Origin: Patescibacteria group bacterium
GTDB lineage: Bacteria; Patescibacteriota; WWE3; 2-01-FULL-39-13
NCBI GenBank assembly: GCA_048499955.1
Contig: JASNYX010000002.1
Location: forward strand, 68,513-132,512
DNA: 64,000 nt
Reading direction: 5' to 3'
How positions within the stretch are numbered: the stretch's first letter is position 1; the number at the start of each line of letters is the position of its first letter. This document shows, piece by piece, positions 60,489 to 64,000 of the stretch. Below the pieces are notes generated by a model. That model was not told where the DNA came from. It did no database searches and saw nothing but the letters and a program-made list of their open reading frames with translations. Made by a program: the position numbers and the translations under genes.

Positions 60489-60802
60489 CGGTTTATCGGT
60501 ATCTCTTGAATATCTTTGAACCTGGTTGGCTTAAAGTGCAGATCTCTTTCTATTCCCAGGCCAAATTTGCCTTTGTAACTTTCCAGCTCCAAAAGTGAAA
60601 AGTAGCCCCATTCATCGTTCCAGTCCCCAAAGATTGAAACGTATCCATAGAATGTTTGATCTTCCGGGTAATACTCGGTGGCATACCAAGTACCCGCACC
60701 GGTAGGATTAAAAAATCTAGCAATGACTAGCGGATCACTGCTTGCTTCTTGCCTTCCGGCTTTCTCAAACTCTTCCAGTAGTTCCTTAGTTAATAGTTTC
60801 AT
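60479..60802 (-). CDS. DUF2958-family protein (common on plasmids/ICEs)
   Basis: 107 aa with the ...FFNPTGAGTWYATEY...YGYVSIFGD...EWGYFSLLELE...GLGIERDLHFKP pattern of DUF2958. Strong RBS AAAGGAGGTGA. Confidence 0.5.
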   Translation of the reverse strand: MKLLTKELLEEFEKAGRQEASSDPLVIARFFNPTGAGTWYATEYYPEDQTFYGYVSIFGDWNDEWGYFSLLELESYKGKFGLGIERDLHFKPTRFKDIQEIPINRGE

Positions 60803-61022
60803 ATAGCTTCACCTCCTTTTTGCATCTTCCTGATAATTTTTGTTTGGGAAGCATGCCCATGCTTCCCATACTTGGAGATTTTTAAGCGGGGTGAAGTTTG
60901 CAAGGGTCACGACCAACGGGAGTGACTTGCGCAGCCCTTGCAAAATGAGGGGCAAGGCCCCTTAATAAAGAAGCTTATTCTGGTCAACTATCGTTTTTGC
61001 GGGTATACTTTATTGGTATCTA
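60803..61022. promoter_or_regulatory. Highly structured intergenic region with nested inverted repeats; candidate oriT / operator region of the element
   Basis: The inverted repeats are GGGAAGCATGcc/CATGCTTCCC (10-bp arms, 60864-60885), TTGCAAGGG...CCCTTGCAA (9-bp arms enclosing GTCAC...GTGAC) and GGGGCaagGCCCC. It lies between the DUF2958 and Xis genes, next to the coupling protein and replication-relaxation genes. Confidence 0.3.
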
Positions 61023-61211
61023 TTGGTAAGTAAACATATGGAAGAACTGCTAACATTAAGTGAGGCAGCCAAAATACTAAAAGTCCATCCTAATACTCTT
61101 AGGTTGTGGGATAAAAGCGGCGTACTTAAAGCCGTTAGAATTGGCGTTAAAAAAGTAAGAAGATACCGAAAACAAGATATTGAAGCATTTATAGACAAGA
61201 AGAATAAATAA
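61023..61211 (+). CDS. xis: Excisionase-family (MerR-like) HTH DNA-binding protein
   Basis: 62 aa. LLTLSEAAKILKVHPNTLRLWDKSGVLKAVRIG...RRYRKQDIEAFI is the canonical excisionase/MerR HTH signature. Confidence 0.6.
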   Translation: MVSKHMEELLTLSEAAKILKVHPNTLRLWDKSGVLKAVRIGVKKVRRYRKQDIEAFIDKKNK

Positions 61212-61214
61212 TTT

Positions 61215-64000
61215 ATGTCTCTTATTGACAATCAAAACCAAACAATGCACCAAGCGCTTATTAACGCGCTTTCAACTGCTGGCAGGATCGACATTCAGGT
61301 TGGGTACTTTTATTTTTCCGGCTTCGAACTTCTCGCAAAACACTTAAAAGACAAACAAGTAAGAATCCTCGTTGGTAAACAAATTGACCCAAATGCCGTT
61401 CCCAATATTATTTCTATGCAGCAGAAAACTGGTAAGCCAGTGGATTTAGAGCGTTTCCAGTCATGGGATACCTTTGTTTCCAGAACAGAACAAAAATCTA
61501 AATACTTCGAAGGATTCTCCAAGCTCTTTAATGAATCTCAAGTATTTGACAGTCCAGAGTCACAAGAGGCATATAAGATTTTTGAAGAAAAAATCATAGA
61601 CGGCTCGTTACAAATTAAACTCACCAACAATGATGAGCACGGAAAAATGTATCTGGTGTACAACAAGCCAGAAATGAATCAAGGTGGTGATTTTCCAGGT
61701 ACGATGTTTTTGGGCTCAAGCAACTTTACATACAACGGACTGATTGACCAAGGAGAGCTCAATAAAACTGATAGAGATAAGGCCAGTTTTGAAGAAGCCA
61801 CAAGTAAATTCGAAGCGATGTGGTCAGAAAGCCAAAACATAGATATTGCCACCCCTGATAATAACCAAGAATTCAAAGAGGTAGTTAAAAAACTTTGGAT
61901 TAACACTGTAGTGAAGCCTTATCTCATGTACATTAGGGTACTACACGAACTCTTTGGTAAAGATCGAAATACGGATATCGAATCTCCAGGCAAAATTACC
62001 GACGACTCATTTATCGACCTCGAATATCAGCTTGATGCTATTCGGATGGGAATTGATCGTATCAATCAATATGGCGGTGTGATTGTTGCTGATGTCGTAG
62101 GGTTAGGTAAAAGTATTATTGCTTCCGCGATTGCCTACAACATCGCTCAAAAAGATCGCATTAACGTGGTAATTATTTGTCCACCCCATCTTATAACCCA
62201 ATGGGAAGAATATCAGGCTCACTTTAGGCTACCTGGAACTAAAATATTCAGCTCAGGAAAAATAGAAGATGCCTACCGTTGGTGTACTGATCAAGTTACC
62301 GGTCCAGTACTGTTGGTGCTGGATGAAGCCCATCGATACCGCAATGAATTGACAGATGACTACACACTCCTCCATTCACTTTCCAGAAGCAATCCAAATA
62401 ACAAAGTTGTCGTTTTAACCGCAACACCTTTTAACAATGACCCAAAAGATGTGTTCGCGTTAGTTAAGCTATTCCAAACCCCCGGACAATCAACAATTCG
62501 ATCAGTGGATAACCTCTCTCTTAGATTTAGGGAGCTTATAGATAGATACAAAAAGCTTCGATCAAGCATGAGGAGAAACAATCTAACTACTGATGAGATA
62601 AATGACGAAGCAAAAGAAATCGCTTTGGAATTGCGACGACTTATTGAGCCCGTCATTGTCCGCAGATCTCGTCTTGATCTGCAAACTATTTCGCGTTATC
62701 GCAATAACCTCATTAAGCAAGGGATCGCGTTTGCAGCAGTTGAGGGGCCAGAACTGCTCGAATACGAGTTGGGTGATTTATTTGACTTATATCTCAACAC
62801 ACTTGAAACTCTTACCAACGAAGATCATGGCTTCATCGGCGCTCGATATAAACCTGTTACCTATATTGCTGATGAAAAACGCGATGAGTTTAAAGAAAAG
62901 TACGGCGCATATTTAGATGATGTAGACCTGCAAACCGCACAAAGCAACTTGGCGTCATTCATGAAGCGTTTACTCGTTATGCGTTTTGAGAGTTCTAAAG
63001 AAGCATTCCGGATCACACTCCAAAATATGATTGACTCCAATCAAATGATCGCTCGTTGGTATCGCGATCAAGGTAGAGTGCCAATTTTGAAAAAAGGCAG
63101 AATTCCAGATCCTGATACATTTATGACTGACGCAGGAGATGATATTACCTCAGAATTGGACGAACAATTTAATGAAGAAAGTGACTCCAAATACAAACTC
63201 CTCTTTGTAGAAAAAGAGTGGCTGAAACCCGAATTTATTAAAGAAGTTGAGTCAGATACACAACTTCTTCTTTCCATCAGGGACCAATGGTTTAACAATA
63301 ACAAAGCGATCATCGATTTGGATCCCAAGCTGGATTCTCTCGTTGAAAATATCAAACGCCTTCTTAGTGAAAACCCCGACAGAAAGATTGTTATTTTTTC
63401 AGCATATGCGGACACGGTTGATTACTTGGGAGATGCGATCAAAAAAGCAGGATTTTCAAGAGTCTATAAATATACTGCTAAAGATGCATCAAAAGCAAAT
63501 CGTGAATTACTTCGCTCCAACTTCGATGCTGGAATAAAGCCTGAATTACAAGCCAACGACTACGATGTGCTTGTTGCCACCGATGCACTTTCGGAAGGGT
63601 ATAACCTCCACCGCGCCGGAGTTATCTTCAATTACGACATACCATTTAACCCGACCCGTGTTATTCAGAGAATTGGTCGTATCAATCGCATTAACAAAAA
63701 AGTTTTTGATAGCATCTTTGTTTACAACTTCTTCCCAACGACGATTGGTGAAGCTGAAACTAGAATTCAACAAATCAGCACTCTGAAAATGACCCTTATC
63801 AATGCAGTAGTTGGTAGTGATACCAAAACGCTTACTAGCGATGAAGAGCTAAAGAGCTTCTTCAAGGACGAGTATGTCAAGGCAAATAAAGAGGTTGAGT
63901 TTGAATCATGGGATGCAAAGCATCGTGAAGCATATGATCAAACTCCTGATGAAGTGATAGATGAGGCTATGAATATTCGTCCAAGAAGCCGTGTTATGCG
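61215..64000 (+). CDS. Large PLD-family (HKD) nuclease + SNF2/Swi2 helicase fusion protein, truncated at the window end; candidate element-borne defence or anti-defence gene
   Basis: Manual translation. No stop codon from the ATG at 61215 to 64000, which is why it is absent from the ORF track. The N-terminal PLD HxK motif is EHGKMYLVYN...GSSNFT. The SNF2 ATPase has motif I VVGLGKSIIA, motif II LVLDEAHRYRN (DEAH), motif III LTATPFNN, and helicase-C motif VI QRIGRINR. Confidence 0.8.
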   Translation, partial: MSLIDNQNQTMHQALINALSTAGRIDIQVGYFYFSGFELLAKHLKDKQVRILVGKQIDPNAVPNIISMQQKTGKPVDLERFQSWDTFVSRTEQKSKYFEGFSKLFNESQVFDSPESQEAYKIFEEKIIDGSLQIKLTNNDEHGKMYLVYNKPEMNQGGDFPGTMFLGSSNFTYNGLIDQGELNKTDRDKASFEEATSKFEAMWSESQNIDIATPDNNQEFKEVVKKLWINTVVKPYLMYIRVLHELFGKDRNTDIESPGKITDDSFIDLEYQLDAIRMGIDRINQYGGVIVADVVGLGKSIIASAIAYNIAQKDRINVVIICPPHLITQWEEYQAHFRLPGTKIFSSGKIEDAYRWCTDQVTGPVLLVLDEAHRYRNELTDDYTLLHSLSRSNPNNKVVVLTATPFNNDPKDVFALVKLFQTPGQSTIRSVDNLSLRFRELIDRYKKLRSSMRRNNLTTDEINDEAKEIALELRRLIEPVIVRRSRLDLQTISRYRNNLIKQGIAFAAVEGPELLEYELGDLFDLYLNTLETLTNEDHGFIGARYKPVTYIADEKRDEFKEKYGAYLDDVDLQTAQSNLASFMKRLLVMRFESSKEAFRITLQNMIDSNQMIARWYRDQGRVPILKKGRIPDPDTFMTDAGDDITSELDEQFNEESDSKYKLLFVEKEWLKPEFIKEVESDTQLLLSIRDQWFNNNKAIIDLDPKLDSLVENIKRLLSENPDRKIVIFSAYADTVDYLGDAIKKAGFSRVYKYTAKDASKANRELLRSNFDAGIKPELQANDYDVLVATDALSEGYNLHRAGVIFNYDIPFNPTRVIQRIGRINRINKKVFDSIFVYNFFPTTIGEAETRIQQISTLKMTLINAVVGSDTKTLTSDEELKSFFKDEYVKANKEVEFESWDAKHREAYDQTPDEVIDEAMNIRPRSRVM

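Larger units (their letters stand above)
54656..64000. mobile_element. Integrative mobile element (ICE/IME-like). It starts at the tRNA-Glu-like gene, holds the serine recombinase, coupling ATPase, replication-relaxation protein, DUF2958, Xis and PLD-SNF2 cargo, and continues beyond the window end.
   Basis: Gene content, the tRNA/recombinase junction, higher GC than the host region, and strong AAAGGAGGTGA-type RBS on element genes versus essentially none on host genes. Confidence 0.6.

Noticed and set aside
1-64000. Alternative genetic code (UGA or UAA reassignment, as in some CPR lineages)
   Set aside because: RF2, which recognises UGA, is encoded. All long conserved genes (secA, sufB, serS, clp) are intact under code 11. 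The only in-frame stop is the single TAA in lysS.
1-64000. CRISPR arrays or other short tandem direct-repeat arrays
   Set aside because: No regularly spaced direct repeats were seen in any intergenic region. The intergenic regions are short except 45389-45618, 48255-48516, 54221-54655 and 60803-61022, and none has a repeat-spacer pattern.

Overview
The window is a low-GC (about 33-36%) bacterial chromosome segment with most genes on the minus strand. It comes from a lineage that uses almost no Shine-Dalgarno sequences, and the gene content (compact proteins, two adjacent GreA-family paralogs, many surface-glycosylation membrane enzymes) resembles an uncultivated Patescibacteria/CPR-like organism, though I cannot confirm that from sequence alone. 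Three blocks stand out.

(1) 1-22 kb is a very large glycosylation locus. It holds at least five paralogous GT-C (PMT_2/ArnT-like) polytopic glycosyltransferases plus a DUF2079-like membrane protein, three Dpm1-like GT2 polyprenol-phosphate-sugar synthases (one fused to a GtrA-like domain), a Wzx-type flippase, two GT4 enzymes, and a UDP-glucose 6-dehydrogenase. A divergently transcribed PepF peptidase (+ strand) also sits in this block.

(2) 22-54 kb is housekeeping. FtsE-FtsX is followed by a coiled-coil M23 peptidase whose catalytic domain appears circularly permuted. Next come RF2, a Clp/Hsp100 double-AAA+ ATPase with an N-terminal polytopic membrane domain, and a processive GT2 synthase. 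Then come the sufCBD-like/sufS Fe-S operon with an ArsR-type regulator and ferredoxin/FNR partners, followed by SecA, UppP, PAP2 and SerS. SerS has a probable T-box-like leader. LysRS is split by a single in-frame TAA.

(3) From about 54.66 kb to the window edge is an integrative mobile element. A degenerate tRNA-Glu(CUC)-like gene overlaps the 3' end of a large serine recombinase gene. The element then carries a TraD/VirD4-like coupling ATPase, a replication-relaxation family protein, a DUF2958 protein, a highly structured intergenic region that may be an oriT, an Xis/MerR-type excisionase, and a large PLD-nuclease + SNF2-helicase fusion ORF truncated at the window end. That last ORF is a candidate defence or anti-defence cargo gene. 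The element has higher GC than the host and strong Gram-positive-style AAAGGAGGTGA ribosome-binding sites that the host genes lack.

No rRNA and no CRISPR array were seen.
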